Shown piece after piece: positions 1-9,124 of a stretch of DNA of 64,000 bases. The notes beneath the pieces are model-generated. The model had not been told where the DNA came from. It did not search any database and saw only the letters and a list, made by a program, of their open reading frames with translations. How positions within the stretch are numbered: position 1 is the stretch's first letter; the number at the start of each line of letters is the position of its first letter. The translations under genes and the position numbers were made by a program. The stretch lies in assembly GCA_002167855.2 (NCBI GenBank), contig NHBG02000019.1, positions 39,407 through 103,406 of the forward strand, written 5' to 3'. Source of the DNA: Gammaproteobacteria bacterium TMED1 (GTDB lineage Bacteria > Pseudomonadota > Gammaproteobacteria > Pseudomonadales > Azotimanducaceae).

Positions 1-1106
1 ATTTTGCTTAGAGTATCCATTACTAATTTCTCAATCGCATCCTCTTGATCATTAGCACAACCCTCAAGACCGCAGATAAAACTCATTTCAAAATTACTAT
101 CTTCTAACCCTGAAAGCGGGGAAAGTGCACTCCCTAACTGGCTGTCCTCTAACGCTTTCCTCAAAGGAGACGCGCTCGTACCAAGCAGAACTTCCGAGAG
201 AAGATTACATCTCATTAGCATCATAAGGTCTCTGCTTTCTCCAAAGAGCCATGCTAAAACAACATGTGTATGCTCCTTACAACTAAGTTCCGGATAGTAT
301 TCTGTGGCTCTTATTGGCTGAGAATATCGTGCTTCTGGTGAGACACTAATACGCTTGCCTTGTTTTTTAAAATGTTGGAGCACATTATTTTCAAGTCGGC
401 TGTGTAAATCAGAGACGGGAATATCTCCATAGGTCATAAAGATCGCATTACTCGGATGGTAGTGCGATTGATAGAAAGCTTTTAAATCTTTGTATTTAAG
501 TAATGGAATTTCCTTAGGATCCCCGCCACTGTTGTAATGGTAGGTAGTTGTTGGAAACAAATAATGATTTAGCTTTGCATAGAGTTGCGAAATAGGCGCG
601 CTCATATCACCCTTCATTTCATTGTACACAATACCTTTTAGTATAAGATCAGATTGCGGCTCGCTATGCTGTTCTAGTTCAAGCCTGTGACCTTCTTGAG
701 CAAAATCTAGAAGGTCAAGCCGTGAAAAAAATACTGAGTCCAGGTAAACATCAAGAAGATTAAAGAAGTCTTTACGATTCTGGCTCGCAAATGGATAATA
801 GGTGCAGTCGCTCCCCGTAAAAGCATTCATGAATGTGTTTAGAGAGCGACGAATCATAAGGAAAAACGGGTCCCTGACAGGATAACGCTTACTACCGCAT
901 AGAGCTGTGTGCTCCAGAATGTGCGCGACGCCCATAGAATTCATAGGCATCGTTCGAAGTGCTACCAAAAAAACATTCTCGACATTGTCAGCCTCAAAGT
1001 GAAGGTGCTCCGCACCCGTTCCCTGATGCACGTAGCTGGCCACAGAAAGATTGAGCGTTTTGATAAAACGCTGCTCCGTGCAGTCAAAGTTGTTTTGAAT
1101 ATTCAT
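1..1106 (-). CDS. M16 family (pitrilysin/PreP-like) zinc metallopeptidase, N-terminal part; the C-terminus lies beyond the window edge
   Basis: My own translation of the minus strand from the ATG at 1106-1104 gives MNIQNNFDCTEQRFIKTLNL...MGVAHILEHTALCGS...GIVYNEMKG. It contains the inverted zincin motif HxxEH (HILEH). The frame stays open to position 1. It is absent from the supplied ORF track because it runs off the window. Confidence 0.8.
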   Translation of the reverse strand, partial: MNIQNNFDCTEQRFIKTLNLSVASYVHQGTGAEHLHFEADNVENVFLVALRTMPMNSMGVAHILEHTALCGSKRYPVRDPFFLMIRRSLNTFMNAFTGSDCTYYPFASQNRKDFFNLLDVYLDSVFFSRLDLLDFAQEGHRLELEQHSEPQSDLILKGIVYNEMKGDMSAPISQLYAKLNHYLFPTTTYHYNSGGDPKEIPLLKYKDLKAFYQSHYHPSNAIFMTYGDIPVSDLHSRLENNVLQHFKKQGKRISVSPEARYSQPIRATEYYPELSCKEHTHVVLAWLFGESRDLMMLMRCNLLSEVLLGTSASPLRKALEDSQLGSALSPLSGLEDSNFEMSFICGLEGCANDQEDAIEKLVMDTLSK

Positions 1107-1131
1107 TTCGAGTATTTACCGTTAGCCAGTA

Positions 1132-2829
1132 TTAAAGGTTTTTTGACTCTTTCTTAGAATGTTTGATTTCGAAATTACTCCAATACTGGATAATGGTTTG
1201 CTTCACCTCTCGGTGCAGGACGAGCATACTGAATAAATTTGGTAACGTCATAAATGCAATCGTTATGGCAGCAATCAGCCAGATAAGTGACGTGTCGGCA
1301 ATTGCCGCAAAAAAGAACCCTAAGACATAGACACTCCGATAAAAAATCAGTGAGTTAACACCAAACAAATACGTCATCGCGCGATCACCGTAGTATGACC
1401 AAGCTACTGCCGTTGTAAAAGCAAACAAAACCAAACCAATAGCCACAATGTACCTACCAAAGTCCCCAAAAAGCCCCCGACTAAATGCTTCAGCTGTCAA
1501 ATCTACGGAATGGACCAAGGAGCGTCCATTGACCTCTACATCGTTAGTTAACTTGCCTTCCCGTATGGTCAAAGGACCAGTATATGGCTCTCCTTCGTGG
1601 AAGTAGTTCACGTCTTCTGCTATCGAGCGATTGTGCAGGACAGTGTGCTCAGAACTTACTGCGGTTCCTGCGATCACCTGAATTACGCCATCGTAATGTT
1701 TGATATTAGTTAATCCCGAATTTAAATATCTGAAAAGTTCTGCTCTGTGTGCAGGAATGTCTTCACTATACTCCCCATCCAAAACCTGCATATCGAACTT
1801 TTGAAACTGATTCTGGTGCTTTTCGGTCCAAACTCCCGATGATAGAATAACGAGCCCGGTGAGTGTGCATATAATAATGGTATCAATAAAGGGCTCCAAT
1901 ATTGAAACCATTCCTTCGGAAACCGGGTCCTCAGCTTTGGCAGCGGCATGAGCGATGGGCGCACTGCCCTGACCTGCCTCGTTAGAAAATAGGCCTCGGT
2001 TGACCCCACGATTAAACGCATAAGCGAATGTAGCCCCAAGAAATCCTCCGGTCGCCGCAGAACCAGAAAATGCATCACTTAGGACAGCGAGTAGAGATTC
2101 CCCAACTTGATCAAGATTAGTGACTATCACACTTAGAGCTCCAATCACGTAAATTAGCGCCATGAAGGGAACAATCTTTTCGGCTACCCTCACAATGCGA
2201 CTAATCCCCCCGACAATGACCAAACCAAGCAGAGTTGCTAATACGGCACCAGTTAACCATTCTGGAATACCGAAGGTGCCACTCACTCCACTAGCTATAC
2301 TGTTACTTTGAGGAAGATTACCTGTTCCAAATGAACTGACCACCGTAGCCAAAGCAAAGAATACAGCAAGCCACTTCATATTCAGTCGTTTCTCCATCAC
2401 ATACATGGGTCCACCGACGATAAAACCGTTCTCATCAGTGTCCCGATATTTATGCGATAGAGTCACCTCAACTAATTTTGTGGTCATCCCGAAAAAAGCC
2501 GTCATCCACATCCAGAACAAGGCAGCAGGACCTCCAAGGTATATCGCCAGCGCCACCCCGCCAATATTTCCAGTACCGACGGTACCAGAGATCGCAGTAG
2601 TTAAAGCCTGAAAGTGAGTGGCATCTCCTTTAGCATCGGGGTTGTCATATCGCCCAGAGAGCACCCGCCAGGCATGATTAAAATATCTAACTTGTGGAAA
2701 TTTCAGATAGAAAGTTAAAAAAATTCCCGTGGCCAATAAGGCAAATGGGAAGTACTGAGCAGAGCCAAGATACCCGTCAATCGTATTTAATAAGGTAACA
2801 AAGCTATCGATCCATGTTTGATTATTCAA
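1132..2829 (-). CDS. alanine/glycine:cation (sodium) symporter, AGCS family
   Basis: 565-aa polytopic membrane protein with the family-typical stretch [23 protein letters not shown]. It sits 15 nt downstream of gor on the same strand. Confidence 0.88.
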   Translation of the reverse strand: MNNQTWIDSFVTLLNTIDGYLGSAQYFPFALLATGIFLTFYLKFPQVRYFNHAWRVLSGRYDNPDAKGDATHFQALTTAISGTVGTGNIGGVALAIYLGGPAALFWMWMTAFFGMTTKLVEVTLSHKYRDTDENGFIVGGPMYVMEKRLNMKWLAVFFALATVVSSFGTGNLPQSNSIASGVSGTFGIPEWLTGAVLATLLGLVIVGGISRIVRVAEKIVPFMALIYVIGALSVIVTNLDQVGESLLAVLSDAFSGSAATGGFLGATFAYAFNRGVNRGLFSNEAGQGSAPIAHAAAKAEDPVSEGMVSILEPFIDTIIICTLTGLVILSSGVWTEKHQNQFQKFDMQVLDGEYSEDIPAHRAELFRYLNSGLTNIKHYDGVIQVIAGTAVSSEHTVLHNRSIAEDVNYFHEGEPYTGPLTIREGKLTNDVEVNGRSLVHSVDLTAEAFSRGLFGDFGRYIVAIGLVLFAFTTAVAWSYYGDRAMTYLFGVNSLIFYRSVYVLGFFFAAIADTSLIWLIAAITIAFMTLPNLFSMLVLHREVKQTIIQYWSNFEIKHSKKESKNL

Positions 2830-2843
2830 TTTTTTTCCAATCC

Positions 2844-4190
2844 TTAAACTGGCTCTCGCATAGTAACAAACTCCTCGGCAGAAGTGGGATGAATACCTAT
2901 GGTTGCATCATAGTCCGACTTAGTGGCACCGGCCTTGAATGCGACTGCTAGACCCTGAATTATTTCTCCCGCCTCTGGCCCAACCATATGTATACCAACC
3001 ACGCGCTCTGAGGCAGAATCAACAATTAATTTCATCATAGTCTTCTCATCGCTGCCGCTCAGAGAGTGTTTTAAACCTTTGAAAGTAGATTTAAAAATCT
3101 GAATATGACCAAATTCCAGCTTCGCTTCAGCTTCCGTTAGCCCAACGGTACTGATATTCGGCTGACAGAAAACCGCGGTAGGAATACCCTGATAATCCAA
3201 TATGGTTTGTTCCCCCTTAAAGTGAGTTTTAGCAAAGGCCATCGCTTCAGCTATGGCAACTGGCGTCAATTGAACGCGAGCAGTCACGTCACCCAATGCG
3301 AAAATACTTGGCACTGAGCTTCGAAACTGCTCATCAACGATGATCGCTCCATTGTCCCCACATTTTATTCCTAAATTTTCCAACCCAAGACCCTGCACGT
3401 TGGGTTTTCTCCCAGTAGCACAAAGAACAAGATCGGTGTCCAGTGAGGATCCATCTGCGAAAGTTACCTCCAACACTCCATTTTTTTGCTTCTCTACCCG
3501 ACTGAGCCTTGTATTATAAAAAATATCAATACCTTTTTTCTTTAGCTCACCACTTACAAATCTTCGTACATCCTTATCAAAATTCCTAAGCAGTAGCGAT
3601 CCTCGATGTGATAGAACGGTCTCGACTCCTAACCCGGCAAAAATGCCTGCAAACTCAATCGCTATATAACCTCCACCTACTACTAGCGCCCGCTTTGGCA
3701 ATTTTTCTAGCGAGAATGCCTCGTTCGAACTAATTACGTGCTCACTGCCTAAGAACTTCGGTATATCTGGCCAACCGCCTGTGGCAACCAATATTTTTTC
3801 GGTAGAGATCTCAGAATCGCCAACAAGCACATGATGATCGTCAATAATTCGTGCTCGCCCGGTGAAACACGTTACCCCAGCCGCATCAAGCAGATCGCGA
3901 TAAACAATATTTAAACGCTGAATCTCTTTGTCTTTGTTCGCCCTCAATATCGGCCAGCTAAATTTTTTCTCACTTTGCTCCCAACCGAACCCCTCAGCCT
4001 CCTTAAAATCCTCCGAGTAATGAGAAGCATAGAAAAACAATTTTTTTGGGACACACCCAACATTAACGCAGGTACCTCCCATGTAACGATTCTCCGCACA
4101 TGCGACCCGCGCGCCGTAGTTGGCACTCATTCGAGCTGCACGCACGCCACCCGAGCCTGCTCCAATAACAAATAAATCATAATCGTACAT
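2844..4190 (-). CDS. gor: glutathione-disulfide reductase
   Basis: N-terminal FAD fold [15 protein letters not shown], redox-active disulfide [13 protein letters not shown], and C-terminal [15 protein letters not shown] interface motif. Length is 448 aa. Confidence 0.9.
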   Translation of the reverse strand: MYDYDLFVIGAGSGGVRAARMSANYGARVACAENRYMGGTCVNVGCVPKKLFFYASHYSEDFKEAEGFGWEQSEKKFSWPILRANKDKEIQRLNIVYRDLLDAAGVTCFTGRARIIDDHHVLVGDSEISTEKILVATGGWPDIPKFLGSEHVISSNEAFSLEKLPKRALVVGGGYIAIEFAGIFAGLGVETVLSHRGSLLLRNFDKDVRRFVSGELKKKGIDIFYNTRLSRVEKQKNGVLEVTFADGSSLDTDLVLCATGRKPNVQGLGLENLGIKCGDNGAIIVDEQFRSSVPSIFALGDVTARVQLTPVAIAEAMAFAKTHFKGEQTILDYQGIPTAVFCQPNISTVGLTEAEAKLEFGHIQIFKSTFKGLKHSLSGSDEKTMMKLIVDSASERVVGIHMVGPEAGEIIQGLAVAFKAGATKSDYDATIGIHPTSAEEFVTMREPV

Positions 4191-4255
4191 ATTAGCTGTT
4201 CCACCCTGGAATCAAGTTAAAGTAGCACATAAGTCCTGATCAGGAGTATTACCAC

Positions 4256-4783
4256 ATGATTTTACCTTTACTTCCTTTCCGTCCGGTAGCATATATTGAC
4301 AATATGGTCTGCGGTATATCGTTAAGCCCTAGTACCAAAGCAATCAGCATTTGCTATAGAATTAAGGGTAGTTTAGAGAACATACAATGGCCGAAGAAGA
4401 AGTATACAAATGGCAGTAATGAACTATGGCATAGCACTTGTTTCGAGTGCTTTTTTGGATCTGCTAGCACTTCGGAGTATTACGAATTGAACCAATCACC
4501 TGGGGGGGACTTGGCTTTCTACAAATTCGCTCATTACCGCGGCAACAAAAGGTCTTATGATACACCTTCTGCTTATACTTTTAGTCTAGCCTTGGACGAA
4601 TATGAGTGTTTTGCGCGTATTGATATGCCTTTACCGTATCCGCCACCATTTTATATCGGACCTGCCGCAATCATCAAAGACAATCAAAACGAATTACATT
4701 ATTTCGGAATATCCCACCCAGAAAGGGGACCAGATTTTCATTCACGCTCGCATCACAAACTCATCAGCGGGGAAGTAATATGA
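4256..4783 (+). CDS. hypothetical protein, possibly DOMON/CBM9-like; overlaps the namZ-like gene by 4 nt
   Basis: 175-aa ORF whose stop overlaps the ATG of the next gene (ATGA). The segment WHSTCFECFFG...EYYELNQSPGGDLAFYKFAHYRG recalls DOMON-like domain proteins, from memory only. The start is uncertain (alternative ATG at 4304). Confidence 0.4.
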   Translation: MILPLLPFRPVAYIDNMVCGISLSPSTKAISICYRIKGSLENIQWPKKKYTNGSNELWHSTCFECFFGSASTSEYYELNQSPGGDLAFYKFAHYRGNKRSYDTPSAYTFSLALDEYECFARIDMPLPYPPPFYIGPAAIIKDNQNELHYFGISHPERGPDFHSRSHHKLISGEVI

Positions 4784-5961
4784 AGGATTTCCAGTTTGGC
4801 ATTGATGAGCTTTTGAAAGATCTACACTTTCTTAAAGGTATGCGAATTGCAGTCATTGGGCATCCAGCGTCAGTTACCTCCAAACTCACTCATACTGTGG
4901 ATGCGCTCATTGCCAATGGAGTGGATGTAGTGAAAAGTTTTGGTCCTCAACATGGTATGCGGGGTGATAAACAAGATAATATGGTCGAATCTGAAGATTA
5001 CGTTGATCCACAACATCAGATACCTGTCGTGAGTTTATATGGGAAATATCGCTATCCGCAGGAGCAGATGTTAAAAGATCTTGATGGCGTCTTATTCGAC
5101 CTGCAGGATATTGGTTGTCGCGTATATACGTTTATTACTACTCTGAGATATTTCGTTGAGGCCTGTGCAAAAAACAGTATTCCAATCTGGGTTCTCGATA
5201 GACCCAACCCAATAGGACGACCGATAGATGGTCTGTTTTTGCAGGATGGCGCACAAAGTTTCGTCGGCTGTGATTTACTGCCGATGCGTCACGGCCTTAC
5301 AACTGGTGAATTAGCTTGCTGGTTCGCGGATCAGTTGGAGTGTTCCAAACCGAAAGTGATTAAGATGAAAAACTATTTCCCTTGTACTGGTCCTGGTTTC
5401 GGCTGGCCCCTTGGTGAGCGAGCTTGGGTTAATCCCAGTCCGAATGCTGGCAGTATAAATATGGCGCGATGTTTTCCAGGAACAGTACTTGTCGAAGGTA
5501 CAACTCTATCCGAGGGACGAGGGACAACATATGCACTAGAGGTATTAGGGGCACCGGATTTCCCAACAGATGAAATACTGGCTCAAATGCCATCTGAACT
5601 GTTAGGAAACCTTCGTCCATGTTTTTTTACTCCAACTTTTCACAAGCATGCAAACCAACTATGTCGAGGAATTCGGATACATACGGATCACAGCAGCTAT
5701 CAGCATGATAATTTCAACCCCTTCTATCTTGTCGCTATGATCTTAAAGTATCTTCGTCAAACCAAACCTGACTATGATCTTTGGCGTTATCATGAGTACG
5801 AATATGAGCACAGCAGGATACCTATTGATGTTATTTGTGGGAGTGATCTCATTCGCAAATGGATTGATGAGGACAATCGCACATCCAAACATCTAGAGGA
5901 AACGCTAAGCGCGACCAAAATGGAGTGGCATACAGCAAGACAGCCCTACCTCTTATATTAA
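4780..5961 (+). CDS. DUF1343 / NamZ(YbbC)-family exo-beta-N-acetylmuramidase-like protein
   Basis: 393 aa, with GMRIAVIGHPASVT...FGPQHGMRGDKQDNM...VLFDLQDIGCRVYTFITTL, which is typical of DUF1343. Confidence 0.8.
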   Translation: MKDFQFGIDELLKDLHFLKGMRIAVIGHPASVTSKLTHTVDALIANGVDVVKSFGPQHGMRGDKQDNMVESEDYVDPQHQIPVVSLYGKYRYPQEQMLKDLDGVLFDLQDIGCRVYTFITTLRYFVEACAKNSIPIWVLDRPNPIGRPIDGLFLQDGAQSFVGCDLLPMRHGLTTGELACWFADQLECSKPKVIKMKNYFPCTGPGFGWPLGERAWVNPSPNAGSINMARCFPGTVLVEGTTLSEGRGTTYALEVLGAPDFPTDEILAQMPSELLGNLRPCFFTPTFHKHANQLCRGIRIHTDHSSYQHDNFNPFYLVAMILKYLRQTKPDYDLWRYHEYEYEHSRIPIDVICGSDLIRKWIDEDNRTSKHLEETLSATKMEWHTARQPYLLY

Positions 5962-5999
5962 CCCCTTGATAGAATCAACGTTTTGATTGAGCAACAAAC

Positions 6000-7106
6000 A
6001 TGAGTAATGCTTACAAGGTAGCTGTCTTAGCAGGGGATGCCATCGGCCCTGAAATTATGGCTCAGGCCGTCAGAATATTTGATGTTATTGAGCAACATCG
6101 AGACGTTGCCTTCGAACTAATCGATTGTCCGTTCGGCGCCAGTGCTTACTTTTCACATGGTAAGGCCTTTCCCGATGTCACCAAAGGTATCTGCGACGAA
6201 GCAGACGCAATACTCAAGGGCCCTGTTGGTCTGAGTTACGAGGAATCAAAAAAAATTCCTATCGATGAGCAAGCTGAGAGAGGAGCGATTCTTCCTCTGC
6301 GCGCTCGCTACAACACTTTTGCTAATTTTAGACCAATTTTCCTAAGTTCAGATATGGTGCATTTCTCTCCATTGAAGCCTGAAATAATTAAAGATGGTCT
6401 GGACATACTACTAATTCGAGAATTAGTAGGTGGTCTTTACTTTGGGGAGAAAGAGCGCGGCACAAATCAGCAAGGTTTGGAGTACGTCAAAGAGACGTTG
6501 GAATATAACGAGGTGCAAATACGACAAGTACTCAAAGTAGCATTTAATCAAGCAAATCAACGAAGGAAGCATCTTCACAATATACATAAAAGTAACGTAC
6601 TTATTTCTAGCGTCTTCTGGAATGAAATACTTGATGAGGTTCACTCAGACTATCCAGAGGTCAAAGTTACTCACCTGTTGGTTGACGCCGCTGCCACGGC
6701 TCTGTGTCTTAACCCTGGACAATTTGACGTCATGGTAATGGAAAACATGTTTGGAGATATTCTAAGCGATCAGGCCGGAGGTATCCTGGGTTCATTGGGA
6801 CTAATGCCCTCCGCATGTATTGGCCCTGAAAAGGCCTATTTTGAGCCATCACACGGGTCCGCTCCAGATATCGCAGGCAAAAATATCGCGAATCCTTATT
6901 CTATGATTGGGTCTGTAGCTATGATGTTGGAGATGAGTTTTGGAATGAAAGATGAAGCAAACGACGTTTGGCGAGCAATGCAATCAGTATTCGAAGACGG
7001 TTTCTCTACTCCAGATCTCATATCAAACGAAAATGCTCAATTGGTTTCCACTGACGTGTTCGGAGACAAAGTAGTATCTTACTTGACCGCTTTATTAGCT
7101 AAATAG
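6000..7106 (+). CDS. isocitrate/isopropylmalate dehydrogenase family oxidative decarboxylase (LeuB/TtuC-like)
   Basis: N-terminus KVAVLAGDAIGPEIM and family signature NMFGDILSDQAGGILGSLGLMPSA. No leuCD genes are adjacent, so the substrate is not assigned. Confidence 0.85.
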   Translation: MSNAYKVAVLAGDAIGPEIMAQAVRIFDVIEQHRDVAFELIDCPFGASAYFSHGKAFPDVTKGICDEADAILKGPVGLSYEESKKIPIDEQAERGAILPLRARYNTFANFRPIFLSSDMVHFSPLKPEIIKDGLDILLIRELVGGLYFGEKERGTNQQGLEYVKETLEYNEVQIRQVLKVAFNQANQRRKHLHNIHKSNVLISSVFWNEILDEVHSDYPEVKVTHLLVDAAATALCLNPGQFDVMVMENMFGDILSDQAGGILGSLGLMPSACIGPEKAYFEPSHGSAPDIAGKNIANPYSMIGSVAMMLEMSFGMKDEANDVWRAMQSVFEDGFSTPDLISNENAQLVSTDVFGDKVVSYLTALLAK

Positions 7107-7131
7107 TCCCGAAGGAAGTTCGACCTGATAA

Positions 7132-7317
7132 TTAAAGTTGAGCAATAGTCGTCACAAGACTAGTAATCATTACTAAGATAGACAGCCATCCCCAACCAAC
7201 AAACGCCCACCACATAAGCCAGCGTGGCTTTAGGCGATCTCCTACAAGGTATCGCAAGGAATCTACGAAAAAAAATCGCGCGATACTCATAACCAATATC
7301 TTCATTTTTTTAACCAT
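7132..7317 (-). CDS. small hypothetical membrane protein
   Basis: 61-aa ORF with one hydrophobic, Trp-rich segment (WLMWWAFVGWGWLSILVMITSLV). There is no other support. Confidence 0.3.
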   Translation of the reverse strand: MVKKMKILVMSIARFFFVDSLRYLVGDRLKPRWLMWWAFVGWGWLSILVMITSLVTTIAQL

Positions 7318-7355
7318 TAATAGCTTACATCTTCTGAGCGCACAGTTTACTGGGT

Positions 7356-7943
7356 CTATCTTTGACCAGCAACCGGACTGGACGATTGTTTAAACTGACT
7401 TATTTCTGTAGAGAGCTTATTGAACAACGCTCTTACATCAATTGATTCCCCAAACTGAATTCTCTTGGAGAAAAAAGTTACTGGGAACACAAAGTTATCT
7501 GTTTCCTTCCACTGGAGTGCCTTGCTAGTACCAGCCTCATCCTCATAACTAATCCAAGACAGTCCAAATTCCTTAACCAGGATGTCTCCAAATACTATAC
7601 CCATCGATTGCCAAGCCTTAATTTGGTGGTTAGCAAGCAATTTTTGATCGACCACCTGTTGTAGAATACTCAAATCTCTTATGTCCCCTCTAGCCTCCAT
7701 AATGCCGAGGTTACGATAGAGTAAAGCGTTGAATTCTCTGCGGCGGGAGGACAATATAAAGCTTTGACTGACGTTGAGCTGCTTAACTAATACCTCTTTG
7801 TTAATGGGAGGACTGCTGAAACGATAACTTGTCAAGTCATGCTTAGATAAGGACTTCATCTCGTCCCCATTCAAGGGAGAAATAAAAATAAAGATCAATA
7901 AAAAGAGCAAATAAAGCATTAGGTTATAAAGCTGAGTTTCCAA
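7356..7943 (-). CDS. secreted hypothetical protein (possibly DUF3806-like)
   Basis: 195 aa with an N-terminal hydrophobic signal-like segment LMLYLLFLLIFIFISPL. The C-terminal part (GIVFGDILVKEFGLSWISYEDEAG...FPVTFFSKRI) resembles DUF3806, from memory. Confidence 0.5.
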   Translation of the reverse strand: METQLYNLMLYLLFLLIFIFISPLNGDEMKSLSKHDLTSYRFSSPPINKEVLVKQLNVSQSFILSSRRREFNALLYRNLGIMEARGDIRDLSILQQVVDQKLLANHQIKAWQSMGIVFGDILVKEFGLSWISYEDEAGTSKALQWKETDNFVFPVTFFSKRIQFGESIDVRALFNKLSTEISQFKQSSSPVAGQR

Positions 7944-7988
7944 AATGGTAAACTAAGGATTATATCAAAGAAGATTGGAAGACATTAA

Positions 7989-9074
7989 TTGTCAGATTTA
8001 ATAGAACAAATTCATCGATCACCCAAAAAATTTGTACTTGCACTGACTGGTGGTGGTTCGAGAGCTTTGGCTAAATTACTGAGTATTCCGGGAGCATCTG
8101 AAACGGTTTTAGAAGCATCAATTCCTTACCACTCTCAAGCACTTAATACCTATCTTGGACAGGAGCCTGAAAACTCGGCAAGTTCATCGACTGCTAGAAA
8201 TCTAGCAATGGCAGCTTGGCATCGCGCCCACACAATAAATGGAAGCCACGTGAATGTGGCTGGCGTAGGTGTTACCTGTGCTCTCACAACAAAAAGACGT
8301 CGACTTGGGACAAACCGATGCCACATCGCTATACAAACATCCTCACAAACGACAGAGGTCAATATCGTATTCGACGGGGAAACTCGTTCACGGCAGGATG
8401 AGGAGAATATTATTTCTGATATAATCATCCAACAATTAGCAGACTTCTGTGGTTTGAAGGCTCCATACCTCACGGTTCCTGGGAAGATATTAAAACGTAC
8501 TAAAAATGCCTCTGAAACCTGGTCTGACCTGCTGACAGGAAAGCTTAAAACAACGCTGTCTTCTAACAATTCACTCAATATTTTCCCTGGCGCATTCAAC
8601 CCTTTGCATCAGGGACATAAAGAAATGATCGCTTACTCGGAAAAACTTCTTGGGGACAAGGTGTATCTTGAGGTTTCTATTAGCAACGTCGATAAGCTTC
8701 CGATTGATTTTTTAACGATGCAAGACCGACAAAAACAAATCAATAAAAACCCTCTCATCTTCACAAATTCGCCAACTTTCCTAGAGAAAGCTCGCCTGTT
8801 TCCTCGAGCTCGCTTTATTCTGGGTGTAGATACTGTTCTGCGCATTGTCGACAAAAAATACTACGGTAATGATGAACGGTTATTGGCGTCCTCTATTGAC
8901 GAAATCTGCGAGCTTGGCTGCAAAATGGTTGTATTTGGTAGACAATTTGACGGGAAATTCTTGACTTTAGATCATCTTACGCTACCCGAGAAGATTAAAC
9001 GGTTATGCGTGGGTGTGGAAGAGAAAGAATTCAGAAGTGATATTTCATCAACGCTTTTACGAGAGTCGAAATAA
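7989..9074 (+). CDS. two-domain protein: N-terminal CinA-C/PncC-like domain fused to a NadD/NMNAT-type nucleotidyltransferase domain
   Basis: TTG start. The N-terminal half (LTGGGSRALAKLLSIPGASETVLEASIPYHSQAL...ARNLAMAAWHRA) is CinA C-terminal-like. The C-terminal half carries both adenylyltransferase signatures: GAFNPLHQGH (GxFxPxHxGH) and SDISSTLLR (ISSTxxR). Confidence 0.6.
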   Translation: MSDLIEQIHRSPKKFVLALTGGGSRALAKLLSIPGASETVLEASIPYHSQALNTYLGQEPENSASSSTARNLAMAAWHRAHTINGSHVNVAGVGVTCALTTKRRRLGTNRCHIAIQTSSQTTEVNIVFDGETRSRQDEENIISDIIIQQLADFCGLKAPYLTVPGKILKRTKNASETWSDLLTGKLKTTLSSNNSLNIFPGAFNPLHQGHKEMIAYSEKLLGDKVYLEVSISNVDKLPIDFLTMQDRQKQINKNPLIFTNSPTFLEKARLFPRARFILGVDTVLRIVDKKYYGNDERLLASSIDEICELGCKMVVFGRQFDGKFLTLDHLTLPEKIKRLCVGVEEKEFRSDISSTLLRESK

Positions 9075-9124
9075 ACATATCAAGAGTCACCTTTACTTTA
9101 TGGGGATAAACACAAAAAAGCAGA

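Noticed and set aside
909-1157. 82-aa plus-strand ORF from the ORF track
   Set aside because: It lies antisense to the well-supported M16 peptidase N-terminus (HILEH motif on the minus strand). It has no recognisable motif and is a typical shadow ORF.
1722-2611. Short ORFs 1722-2078 (-) and 2405-2611 (+) inside the AGCS symporter gene
   Set aside because: They are alternative-frame or antisense ORFs within a confidently assigned gene. The same reasoning applies to most 60-150-aa ORFs in the track that lie inside larger genes, for example 8150-8599, 24011-24364, 27759-28136, 29713-30105, 40353-40682, 43568-43888 and 62920-63348.
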